This document shows, in pieces, positions 50,117 through 59,266 of a stretch of 64,000 bases of DNA (the stretch's first letter is position 1; each line of letters starts with the position of its first letter). Position numbers and translations under genes: made by a program. Under the pieces are notes generated by a model. It had not been told where the DNA came from, did not search any database, and saw only the letters and a program-made list of their open reading frames with translations. The stretch is from a virus: positions 22,589 through 86,588 of IMG/VR virus record IMGVR_UViG_3300024999_000067, one strand, 5' to 3'.

Positions 50117-51007
50117 CTAGTCGAAGAATATACGCCCAAGCGGCATATCGTTCCAAGCCGCATCTCCACCAGCAGTTTCACTATCAGCACGTTTAGCCTC
50201 AAACGTAATCGGTGAAGCGGCAGCATCCTCAGCCTGAAGATCAAGTTCGGTAGATGCAGTAGCATTGGCCCGAGGAAAGATAATATACATATGGTTAGTG
50301 CCATTCGGATACGTGTAAACAGCTTCCATACGTACAAACGCAGGAGCAGCAAGGGCACCAAGCTTAATCTGGCCAGAATGGGCACCGTCATAAGCACCAG
50401 CTGCCTTGTACTCTACAGTCTGGAACGTAGCAATCTGAGTAGCAGCCCATGTACCAGAAAAGAAGTTTGCAGGAATGGTGAAATAGGGGGCACCACCATT
50501 ATCAGGAGCAAATTCAGTAGATACAGTACCAGAGCCTACGGTACCAGTCTTTTCACCATATACAGTATAAGCAGTTGCGGAAGTAAATACTGCGGTAAAC
50601 TTATCAGTTACTGGACCAGCATTCTGAGTAACAGCAATAACCCCAGTAGTAGTACCGAGAGTGGTTACTTTACTCAAAAATGTAGCAGTGGCAACCTGGG
50701 CACCAACAGGATCAATACCACGAGCAAGTGCCAAGTTGTACGGTGTAATTTCCTTGAACTCACATTCAAGCTGGGAAGTTTCCCGAAGAGGAATGGACAT
50801 ATCCTCCAGCTGAGGGAAACCAGAAAGAAGTTTCCAGTAATCTACCGAACCAGTATACTTCGTACTGGCAAGAGCACCAATAGAAGCAGCAGGCAGCAAT
50901 ACTGAGTTGACGTTGGCGATGTTTGCAGCGGATGCGCCAACACGGATTTGTGCAAGTCCCAGTGCTATAGTACTGGTATCCTTAGTTACGGGTCCCGAGC
51001 GTGACAT
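50117..51007 (-). CDS. Major tail tube protein
   Basis: Position, strong SD, EITPYNLALA and IFPRA motifs. Confidence 0.75.
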   Translation of the reverse strand: MSRSGPVTKDTSTIALGLAQIRVGASAANIANVNSVLLPAASIGALASTKYTGSVDYWKLLSGFPQLEDMSIPLRETSQLECEFKEITPYNLALARGIDPVGAQVATATFLSKVTTLGTTTGVIAVTQNAGPVTDKFTAVFTSATAYTVYGEKTGTVGSGTVSTEFAPDNGGAPYFTIPANFFSGTWAATQIATFQTVEYKAAGAYDGAHSGQIKLGALAAPAFVRMEAVYTYPNGTNHMYIIFPRANATASTELDLQAEDAAASPITFEAKRADSETAGGDAAWNDMPLGRIFFD

Positions 51008-51041
51008 AAAATGTTCTCCTTAATATTTATGTTTTTAATGG

Positions 51042-51260
51042 TTATTCCTTTTCAGGATTGATACTTGTAGGGAAGTAGTTAAAAATATTGATATGACGGC
51101 AGGACTTCCGTATACAAATCATTTTTACAGAGCCATGTATTTCCATATCAATTGCCGGTTCAACTCCTTCCCTTTTGCCGAACTTGAACTGCCATAAACC
51201 ATTGGGTAACCTGCTGAGTAACTTTTTACCACATTTTTCACAGTAGACAAAGTTAATCAT
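51042..51260 (-). CDS. Com-like zinc-finger protein
   Basis: CEKCGKKL...IC.RKSCRH.N. Confidence 0.55.
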   Translation of the reverse strand: MINFVYCEKCGKKLLSRLPNGLWQFKFGKREGVEPAIDMEIHGSVKMICIRKSCRHINIFNYFPTSINPEKE

Positions 51261-51712
51261 TTGGTTCCCCAATTCATTCTAATGGATACTGTTTTTACAT
51301 TGGAACCATCTGCTCCAAGTTCTATTTCAGATTCATTAACAACTAACGGTACAATTCCACCAATCTTTGCCCTTGCATCATTCAGATAAGGTATCTTCTT
51401 TAAACCATCCGTAGCAGTATGGTCGAATAAAGTATCCATTAACTTGTCTCTCAGTACAGATAAATTTACATTATCTGGATCTTTTCTGGAGAAGACATAT
51501 GCAAATAACAGGGCATTGGAAAGTATATCTATTTTAATTGGTCCAAAATGGAACACAATCCAATTAGTTGCTTCCACACCATTTATTAAAGGAATAGAAT
51601 ATGCCCTATCAAAAGAGACATACACTCCACGGGCTGTTACCAGATTATCTACAAAGTATTTCCTTATGGATAATTTGTATAGAGATTCCTGTAAGGTGGG
51701 ATCAAGTGCCAT
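51257..51712 (-). CDS. Tail terminator/completion protein
   Basis: Size and position upstream of the tube gene. Confidence 0.5.
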   Translation of the reverse strand: MALDPTLQESLYKLSIRKYFVDNLVTARGVYVSFDRAYSIPLINGVEATNWIVFHFGPIKIDILSNALLFAYVFSRKDPDNVNLSVLRDKLMDTLFDHTATDGLKKIPYLNDARAKIGGIVPLVVNESEIELGADGSNVKTVSIRMNWGTK

Positions 51713-51910
51713 CAGTTGCCCCTTTTATGGTTTCTTCCAAGAACTTCACAAAGTTATCGACAAGAAAATCTTTTGCTTCTACTTCCTCTGGTATGGTTTG
51801 ATCAAAATTAACGGTTATCATGTCCATTGCAGTACGCAACTTTGCAAGATCAGACAAAGTAAATTCACAGATGAAAGTAATATCTTTCGGGTACATCTGG
51901 AGAATACGCA

Positions 51911-52852
51911 TTATTTATACCCAAATTGTTTTAGAATTTTCTGTAACTCGGGATCCATAGTACCGTAATCGATATTGTGTTTCTTATTGAAAGCATCCAG
52001 ATCGGCTTGATCCTGTTTCTTCACCGCAGATTCCTGTCGTTTGGCATCACTTGCCATATTACCTAAACTGGAACTGATCCTCATTTCGGATCGTTGCATT
52101 TCGTCAAACTGACCATCAGAAAAATCCTTATTAGGTTCCATTCCTTTTGAATAATCAACAGATGCCTGGCTCATTATTGTACCGGTATCACCAGTAGATT
52201 TACTGCTACTGTATGGAGTTACCCGATACAAATTAGCCGCATTGGACATGGATTTTTTAACCAAATCCAGTAATTCAGGAACAGTTCCAGCCTTAAATTG
52301 AGCAAAAGCAGGAAAGAATAATGGGCGTTCTGGAATATTGGCATTCTCACTGCTATGACCAAACTCAATCATGGCAGCATAGGTTTCAACTTTAATCCTT
52401 TGAACTGGTCCTCTTACATTAGCATTGGTACGAAAACCAATCTTAGGAACAGTAACTCGCTTATCAATGCCAACAGTCCAGGCAGAACCTACTTTCCGTA
52501 TCACTATATTTCGGTATATGTTTCCTTCCATCTTCCAAGGAGAAGTAAAAGCGTTTCGATCTTCCTTGAAAGCAATCTGTTCTTTCGATAATGGATCCCA
52601 GTGAGGTTTCCAAGGACTGGTACCATCCATTGTTGCTTTTATAAAATCCTTCAGTGCTTGGGCACCTAACGGAGAAAGTATACCATTGCCATTACGATCT
52701 GCCCATTTATGAATTGCATTGTATCCCATGCCAAACCAGGCAAAAGCACTCTTCATATCTTCATAGAAGATAGCAAGGGACTTTCCATCCAGTTCAATTA
52801 CTGGAAATGATTTCCTGGCGGTCATACTCGGGAATCCTCTTTCAATCCACAA
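51911..52852 (-). CDS. Neck/tail completion protein (HK97 gp10-like)
   Basis: YAAMIEFG...IPERPLF.PA motif. Confidence 0.7.
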   Translation of the reverse strand: MWIERGFPSMTARKSFPVIELDGKSLAIFYEDMKSAFAWFGMGYNAIHKWADRNGNGILSPLGAQALKDFIKATMDGTSPWKPHWDPLSKEQIAFKEDRNAFTSPWKMEGNIYRNIVIRKVGSAWTVGIDKRVTVPKIGFRTNANVRGPVQRIKVETYAAMIEFGHSSENANIPERPLFFPAFAQFKAGTVPELLDLVKKSMSNAANLYRVTPYSSSKSTGDTGTIMSQASVDYSKGMEPNKDFSDGQFDEMQRSEMRISSSLGNMASDAKRQESAVKKQDQADLDAFNKKHNIDYGTMDPELQKILKQFGYK

Positions 52853-53442
52853 ATCAGAACATTGGATAATCTTCTTTTGTCAATGGTAACTACTCTGTAA
52901 TATTCGGTATTGTCTAAGTAATTGGGTTGCCACCTATCGTCAATTTTTACAGGATATCCTGCGGGAATGTATAAAGAAAGTTTCTGGGCTACAAAAGCCA
53001 TCACATCATTTTCTAGAATCATCTCATTACCAAAACGATCCTCGCACTGCAATGTCTTTACCTGAGTATATAACGGTGTCCACGTAGGGACTTCTACATA
53101 ATTTTCATCTCTAACTATGGTCAATCGGCGAAGAGTACCATTGCAATTACAACGGTACAAAGCCACTGTATTATCAACTTTTGCGTCTTCAAAGTAGGAA
53201 CTCAGCACATTAGTAGCTAAATAGTAAATTCCATTTAGTAAAACAGTATCACCGGCAAGGATATTTGAATCAAATACAGTGGTAGCAGTAGCAAAGAATT
53301 GTCGGATAAACTCAGTGGAACTATCTGGATATATTTCCAAATCTAATTTTTCAGAGAAAACACTCCCGCCTACTCGGTAAACTGTGGCAGCAGTTCCAAG
53401 TTCTTCAAGCACTTCTCGTATGTCATCTCCGATACCTGCCAT
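52822..53442 (-). CDS. Head closure protein (putative)
   Basis: Synteny; beta-rich. Confidence 0.45.
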   Translation of the reverse strand: MAGIGDDIREVLEELGTAATVYRVGGSVFSEKLDLEIYPDSSTEFIRQFFATATTVFDSNILAGDTVLLNGIYYLATNVLSSYFEDAKVDNTVALYRCNCNGTLRRLTIVRDENYVEVPTWTPLYTQVKTLQCEDRFGNEMILENDVMAFVAQKLSLYIPAGYPVKIDDRWQPNYLDNTEYYRVVTIDKRRLSNVLICGLKEDSRV

Positions 53443-53444
53443 TA

Positions 53445-53870
53445 TTAAACCTCATCAAGATAGGTTACGTCCATACCAAGACTGTCATAGATAAATCCTG
53501 GAGCAAGGTAATAGGCGAAATTATCCCATGTACCCTGATCGAACAAATCAGAAAACTCTTCTACAGCCTTCAAGAAATCCTGGTCACACTTCTCCAGCAA
53601 CTGGATATAGTGTTTAAACCTGTGCTCGATATGGATCTGTTTGTATTGGAACTTATGGGCAGATTCAACCATGAGGATATAGAGAGCATGTCTCCGCATA
53701 CGCTCTACCATCCAATAAGACTTTGTATCGTCAGAAATTGGGTATATCCATTTAAGCTCAGTCTCGGTTTGCTGTGCTGCCTGGACATACCCTGTGTCTG
53801 AAACCTTAGTGGAAGAACCACCCATAAGGTTCTTCGTAAATGAAATAAGTTCTTCCCTATTGGTTATCAT
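53445..53870 (-). CDS. Head-tail adaptor (putative)
   Basis: Synteny; helical. Confidence 0.45.
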   Translation of the reverse strand: MITNREELISFTKNLMGGSSTKVSDTGYVQAAQQTETELKWIYPISDDTKSYWMVERMRRHALYILMVESAHKFQYKQIHIEHRFKHYIQLLEKCDQDFLKAVEEFSDLFDQGTWDNFAYYLAPGFIYDSLGMDVTYLDEV

Positions 53871-54193
53871 TTGGCTTTACCTCTTTTGAGAATTTTCTTC
53901 TCAATAGGTGCTGATTTTTCAACCTTCACTTCGGGTTTTGCTTCGGTCTCCTTCGCTACAGGAGCAGGAGTATCAATACCTCCTGTCAGTTCAGGAATCG
54001 ATTCCGTAGTAACCTCCGCTATTTTCTCTTCAACAAGTTCAGTTACCGAGATATAACTTTTCTTTGCTTTTACAGCACGACGAATTTCCTCTGGAAGTTC
54101 ACTGAGGGTTCCAGTAAATATAGTTCCCTCAGTGAACAGGTCTCCATCATACCGTTTAAGAGTACAGTTCAATTTTACTTTCAAAACGGTCAT
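53867..54193 (-). CDS. Hypothetical protein after capsid gene
   Basis: ORF with low-complexity tail. Confidence 0.5.
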   Translation of the reverse strand: MTVLKVKLNCTLKRYDGDLFTEGTIFTGTLSELPEEIRRAVKAKKSYISVTELVEEKIAEVTTESIPELTGGIDTPAPVAKETEAKPEVKVEKSAPIEKKILKRGKAK

Positions 54194-54212
54194 TGGATTG
54201 CCCTCTCTTGTA

Positions 54213-55439
54213 TTAACGTACAGTCAATTTAACACTGCAATCGGGATGGTACATAACCGGAAGTGCCTTGTCCTGTACACGCAACCAGGTTCCTTCTGGA
54301 TCCCACTCATCCTTACTGTCAACATAGGTTCCCCAACGACGACCAAGTCCGTAAGGCGCTTCCAGAATCTCAGCAATATCATCACCATCTGCCGAGGTCT
54401 TGCTGAACAGGAGAAAATCGGTATCGGGGATGAACTTCTTCCGCATAACGACCTTATCCTCTCCAGCCTTGAAGGAAAGGGTGGGGGCAGTTCCAACGGT
54501 GATAACACCAGTAGACTTATTTACAGCAGTAATGGTTTCATCTTCCCATACACGATTCTGGGAACGATCAACATAGCGCAGTTTACCACCAACCTCGAAA
54601 TCGGTAGCATCATCAACGGTTACAGTGGTAGAAGAACCACCAGTTACAGCCGACATAATCTCTGCGGTTACCTCATAGAGTTCGTCATAGATCATCAGCT
54701 GGCCAATACCAAGAATCTCACCAAGAACCTTTGCAGGATTGGCGAAAAGCTGACCGTCACCAAATGCAGATTTTGCCAGAAGTGCCTGAAGTTTTGTATC
54801 ATTAATCAAAACACGCAGAAGGGAACTGTTACAAATAGCATAATCGGGGGTAACACCAGCATCGTCAGCCAGAATCTGTTTGGCATCAAAGATATCACCA
54901 ACCGGATTACGATTTGCACCATCATCCCACTCATAACCAGAGGCAAGAGTGATCATATGGGTAGTGGGGATACCATAAGAAACAGTGGCCTTTGAACCAC
55001 CCTTCATAACGTAAGAGAAAGTACCATTGATTGCCATCTGAGCAGCCATCCACTCACGACGACGATCAATACGGTTACGCAGTTTCTTCAGACCACGTGC
55101 CAGATGCCTTTCAGCGGTCTGATAAGTAGCATACGTTCCAAGCTGCCGAAGATTGTTAAGAAATTCCTCATCAAAATAAATCTTCTCTTTGAAAAAGGCA
55201 CATTTTGCGGAACCTTCACCGATGCCGTCCAGTCCGATAGTAGGAGCAATCGAACCAGGGGCAACAAACGGTGTCATTCCTGCCGAACCGTACTCAACTT
55301 CCCATTTAATAGTATCCGAATCTGCTTTCTGTGTAGAAAACAGACTGGAAAAGAACAAGTTGGAAGGCCGCTGAAAAGCCATGATCAGCTTATTCAGCAC
55401 TTCCAGTTGTAATTGGGGGATACCAGCAGAACCTTTCAT
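54213..55439 (-). CDS. Major capsid protein (lambda gpE-like)
   Basis: MTPFVAPG, RRREWMAAQ...G, NPVGDI, WDPEG......ALPV motifs. Confidence 0.88.
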   Translation of the reverse strand: MKGSAGIPQLQLEVLNKLIMAFQRPSNLFFSSLFSTQKADSDTIKWEVEYGSAGMTPFVAPGSIAPTIGLDGIGEGSAKCAFFKEKIYFDEEFLNNLRQLGTYATYQTAERHLARGLKKLRNRIDRRREWMAAQMAINGTFSYVMKGGSKATVSYGIPTTHMITLASGYEWDDGANRNPVGDIFDAKQILADDAGVTPDYAICNSSLLRVLINDTKLQALLAKSAFGDGQLFANPAKVLGEILGIGQLMIYDELYEVTAEIMSAVTGGSSTTVTVDDATDFEVGGKLRYVDRSQNRVWEDETITAVNKSTGVITVGTAPTLSFKAGEDKVVMRKKFIPDTDFLLFSKTSADGDDIAEILEAPYGLGRRWGTYVDSKDEWDPEGTWLRVQDKALPVMYHPDCSVKLTVR

Positions 55440-55480
55440 TTATATTCCTCCGATGTAGTTTTAGTGGTTATATTAACCAA

Positions 55481-56194
55481 TTATTTAAGAATGGTATGCA
55501 TACCATCGGCAACAGCACTCATTGCTGTAATAGCTGCGGTATCCATATTAAGCAACGATGCCGTATACAGCATTGCATTGGAAATAACCACTGAAGTTTC
55601 AGCCCCCTTTGCTGTGGCCCCCACACCAGTAAAAATGTCCTTATCCAAGATATACTTTGCGGTAGAGAACGGAGAAGAGGTTCCCGTTTTAATGTAAACA
55701 TTGGTAAATCGGGCAACTGTAAAAGTAGCTACAGCTACAGCAGTGGTAAAAGTAATCTTGTCCATATGTGGATAGGTATCCACATCAATTTCAGTAATAG
55801 CTCCACCGTCATGAACAACAGCAGTACCAGAGTTATCATTAACCAGTATTAAAGACTGGCCTACAACAAACTTGTACCCATCTCCTTTCGGTACGTAAAC
55901 AACTGTTCCAGTATCGGGTACATCAGCAACAGCGTAAACACGGGCGGGCATCACTGTTTTATGTGCCGGAGTAGTAGTAGCGGCATACGGAACCAAATCA
56001 CCAGATACTGGCTCAACAGCCATTACCTGACCAGCCCTCAGTACACCAAAACCACCAAGAACATGCTTGTCTTTGATCAGGGCAATCTCCCGAAGACTAT
56101 AGAAAAGTCGTTTCTGACCAGGAGTTTCCCCACCGTGATTAACTTGCGGAGTGCTTCCACCTAAACCCATTTCTACCATTGTAAATTCCTCCAA
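55481..56194 (-). CDS. Head decoration protein (gpD-like)
   Basis: Between protease and MCP; G.LRAGQVMA....LVPY. Confidence 0.65.
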   Translation of the reverse strand: MEEFTMVEMGLGGSTPQVNHGGETPGQKRLFYSLREIALIKDKHVLGGFGVLRAGQVMAVEPVSGDLVPYAATTTPAHKTVMPARVYAVADVPDTGTVVYVPKGDGYKFVVGQSLILVNDNSGTAVVHDGGAITEIDVDTYPHMDKITFTTAVAVATFTVARFTNVYIKTGTSSPFSTAKYILDKDIFTGVGATAKGAETSVVISNAMLYTASLLNMDTAAITAMSAVADGMHTILK

Positions 56195-56211
56195 TTATAT
56201 AATCGTTATTT

Positions 56212-57564
56212 TTAGTTGACAAGGCTGGCCAAATGGGCAACTACATCATCGGTCTTCCCATCATCAGTTTTGTCCTCAAGCCCTTCTTTGCTACCAATTC
56301 CTTTTATAGAACTGGAAGAATCTTCCCACTCAGCAACTTCTGATTTTGCAGCAGCGGTAAAAGCATCTGCATCCAGTTTGCCTTCAACCACAAACTTTGA
56401 ATGATCCAGCAATGCACGTACTTTCTTATGAAGATGATTCGGAACGGTACTTGAAGCCAGAGTCTCAGAAACAATAGCGTTTGCGGTAGCAACCATATTC
56501 TGTTCTTCCTGCATTGCTTCTTTCTTCTGGTATGCCTTGATCTGGTCAGTCATGTCCTTATTGGAAGCGACCAACTTATCATTATCTTCCTTCAGGGAAA
56601 CAATAATTTTATCCTTGGAGGCAACAATCTCTTCGGATTCTTTCACTGCGGCAGCAGCACCAGCATTGAAAATATCATCATAAATACTCGGGTTGTCTTC
56701 TTTCAAGGATACGGCTGTACCCTCATACTTTTTCGGCATGGAATTTCCTCCTTTGCTCTTTTCGGACAGAAGTTCCTCAAAGGAACCAATTCGGTCAGCC
56801 ATGCCTGCTTTTACGGCATCTGACCCCACCAATATACCACCTTTTCCAAAATCCTTCGTGACCACTGATGGCGTCACATTCCTAAATTCGGCTACTGAAG
56901 AAATGAACACACCGGCAAGAGCATCCAGTTCCTCTACTACTACGGCTTTCCCCTCTTTAGTGGTGTAATCCACTCGTTTATTAGGGGAAGCTGTATTGAC
57001 AATCTCTATTGGATCTCCTTCGGTTTTAGGAGGGAGACCAACAACAACTCCAATGCTTCCAACTCTGGCAGTGGCATCAATAGTAACATCCGAACAAGAA
57101 GAAAGCAACCAATAACCAGCAGAAGCAGCAGTTCCACCCGAATAACCATGTATAGGCTTATCGGCGGAGTAGCTTCTGATCATATTGGCAAGTTCGTTTA
57201 TACCAGTAACGTGACCACCAGGGGAATCAACATTCAGAATAATACTGTTTACTTCATCATCTTCCATGGCAACAGTCAAATCTCTTGCTATGGATTCAAC
57301 AGAAGTAGCTCCACAGTATTCAGTCATCAAATTGGCTTTTGGGAAAATAGGACCAGAAACAGGGATAATTGCAACCCCATCTCTTACTGTTGCCCGTTCA
57401 GCATTGATTAATGGCTGGGCAAATCTGGCCTGTACAGCTTCAATATCAACTTCTCGGTTAGAAATTTCAATCATTGTCAACAGCATTTCCTGGGTGATTA
57501 ACCAGGGACGGTTAAACAGTTGGGCGAAAATCCTGTCATATTTTTTGGTCATTCGTTCCTCCAT
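56212..57564 (-). CDS. S49 (SppA/ClpP-like) prohead protease with scaffold C-terminus
   Basis: DSPGG, AASAGYWL, VGSIGV, GMADRI. Confidence 0.9.
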   Translation of the reverse strand: MEERMTKKYDRIFAQLFNRPWLITQEMLLTMIEISNREVDIEAVQARFAQPLINAERATVRDGVAIIPVSGPIFPKANLMTEYCGATSVESIARDLTVAMEDDEVNSIILNVDSPGGHVTGINELANMIRSYSADKPIHGYSGGTAASAGYWLLSSCSDVTIDATARVGSIGVVVGLPPKTEGDPIEIVNTASPNKRVDYTTKEGKAVVVEELDALAGVFISSVAEFRNVTPSVVTKDFGKGGILVGSDAVKAGMADRIGSFEELLSEKSKGGNSMPKKYEGTAVSLKEDNPSIYDDIFNAGAAAAVKESEEIVASKDKIIVSLKEDNDKLVASNKDMTDQIKAYQKKEAMQEEQNMVATANAIVSETLASSTVPNHLHKKVRALLDHSKFVVEGKLDADAFTAAAKSEVAEWEDSSSSIKGIGSKEGLEDKTDDGKTDDVVAHLASLVN

Positions 57565-57582
57565 ATCCGTGGGGTTTTGCTA

Positions 57583-57611
57583 ATCATATAGGGATGTTTT
57601 TGTAATGTCAA
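57583..57611 (-). promoter_or_regulatory. Sigma70 promoter for protease/capsid genes
   Basis: TTGACA-N17-TATGAT. Confidence 0.75.
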
Positions 57612-59266
57612 GTGTTTTCCTCCGTATCCTTAGATTTTTTATCAGGCTTATTTGGTGTTTTATTCCCTTTGTCGGGATTATTCTTCGGATCCTTTGTTTC
57701 CCCACCACCTTCCTGAAGTGATTCAATTTCGATTGTAGTTGGCAATTCAGGGTAATTCTCATCCTCGGTTGCCCGTTGCAGTCTTTTCTTTTTATAATTA
57801 CCAATACCAAGTTTCCTTGCTACCTCTTCATGAGGAATGCCAAGAACTTCAATAAGTGACGGATGCTTTACACCAAGCAGAGCAGAAGCTTTCATATCCA
57901 TATCCGAGATATCCGAGATAGGATATTCAATTGAGATAAGATCATGGGCAAGTTTCTGTACTTTCTTTATTACTGGTTTCTTATTCTTGAAATCTACCAC
58001 TTCCTCTACAGAGTACTCCAGTTTGAATTCAGGTAACACAACATTACGCAGAAGGAACAATGGTCTCCAGAAATCCAACTTCAGGAATCGATCAAAATAG
58101 GCTATCTGGTCATGGATACGATCAGCAGCAGGGCCACGGGAAGCTTTAACACCAGAGAAGGTAGACCCTTTTGTTGCACCAGTTACCATATCTTCAGGCT
58201 TATTCAAACCAGATACAACCATCGACATAATATCGGTATCTGCATCAGATATCTTTGGCAAATTGGGATTAACACATTCCAATGTTATACCAGGAGGAAG
58301 AACAATAGTGCCACCAGGTTTCTTCTTAGCAAATAGACCAGTATTTTTCTTCTGATCATCAGTAAGTTTCAACCATGTCCTGAATGCTTTTGCATCTGAA
58401 ATAGTAGCTACCCACAAATAAGAACCACTTGACTTCTTATGATCTATTTCCCACTTCTTCAGATTTTCGTAATGGGATAACCAGACAAGAGTAGTTCTTA
58501 TATGAGAAACATTTCTTGTGGTGAAAAATCCCTTATCCCATTCGACAATAAATTGATTGAACCCGCCTAACTTGGAAAATTTCCTTGACTTGGATCTTGA
58601 ACCAGAAAGTTTCTTCTCAGTAATACCAGCTTGCTTATACTCTTTCCAGTAATTAGCATACTCAGGGAAATAGGCGATATTAATGGATGGAATGACAATT
58701 GTACCCGTTGGCACTTCTGATACTTCACTATCCTTTAGATCAAATTCGTAGAATAGCGGGAATCCTGCTTTCCTTTTATGGAAAAATATACCAGAGTTCT
58801 TATGCCCTGTGGAAGCAAGAGTTCTTGGACTCATAAAGTCTATTTCCACGAATCCATCATTGTGCAAAGTAAAGCACAAGAACAGTTCCCCCTCGATCCC
58901 TGAACGGGCTACATGCTTGGGTAGGTTTCTGTACAGGGCATTTCGTGGATCTTCTATATGGGCTTTCATTACTTCAGCCACTTTAGGCTGGTCAGAATCC
59001 ATATTAAAGCCGAACCCTGTAAGATTGCCCATGTAGTCCTGGATATGGGTATTGATCTGTGGATTCTCCAGGAACTTCTTCCAACAAAGTTCCTGTAACT
59101 CCCTGAAGTTCTGGTAATCAGAAACCCCTGTTATGGGAAAACCATCTTCATCCAATACCTGAGTTCCTTCCCCTGTGTAATTAGACCATGGCATAGAAGC
59201 AGCCAGTTGTCCCAGTACCTCATCGGGCAAATCATCAATAATCTGGTCAATATCCATCTGTTCCAT
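57608..59266 (-). CDS. Portal protein
   Basis: Follows TerL; 552 aa; IEGELF motif. Confidence 0.75.
   Translation of the reverse strand: MEQMDIDQIIDDLPDEVLGQLAASMPWSNYTGEGTQVLDEDGFPITGVSDYQNFRELQELCWKKFLENPQINTHIQDYMGNLTGFGFNMDSDQPKVAEVMKAHIEDPRNALYRNLPKHVARSGIEGELFLCFTLHNDGFVEIDFMSPRTLASTGHKNSGIFFHKRKAGFPLFYEFDLKDSEVSEVPTGTIVIPSINIAYFPEYANYWKEYKQAGITEKKLSGSRSKSRKFSKLGGFNQFIVEWDKGFFTTRNVSHIRTTLVWLSHYENLKKWEIDHKKSSGSYLWVATISDAKAFRTWLKLTDDQKKNTGLFAKKKPGGTIVLPPGITLECVNPNLPKISDADTDIMSMVVSGLNKPEDMVTGATKGSTFSGVKASRGPAADRIHDQIAYFDRFLKLDFWRPLFLLRNVVLPEFKLEYSVEEVVDFKNKKPVIKKVQKLAHDLISIEYPISDISDMDMKASALLGVKHPSLIEVLGIPHEEVARKLGIGNYKKKRLQRATEDENYPELPTTIEIESLQEGGGETKDPKNNPDKGNKTPNKPDKKSKDTEENT

Noticed and set aside
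54132-54995. Long antisense ORFs (also 50291-50905, 36503-37213, 31652-32504)
   Set aside because: Shadows of well-supported opposite-strand genes, with no motifs or SD
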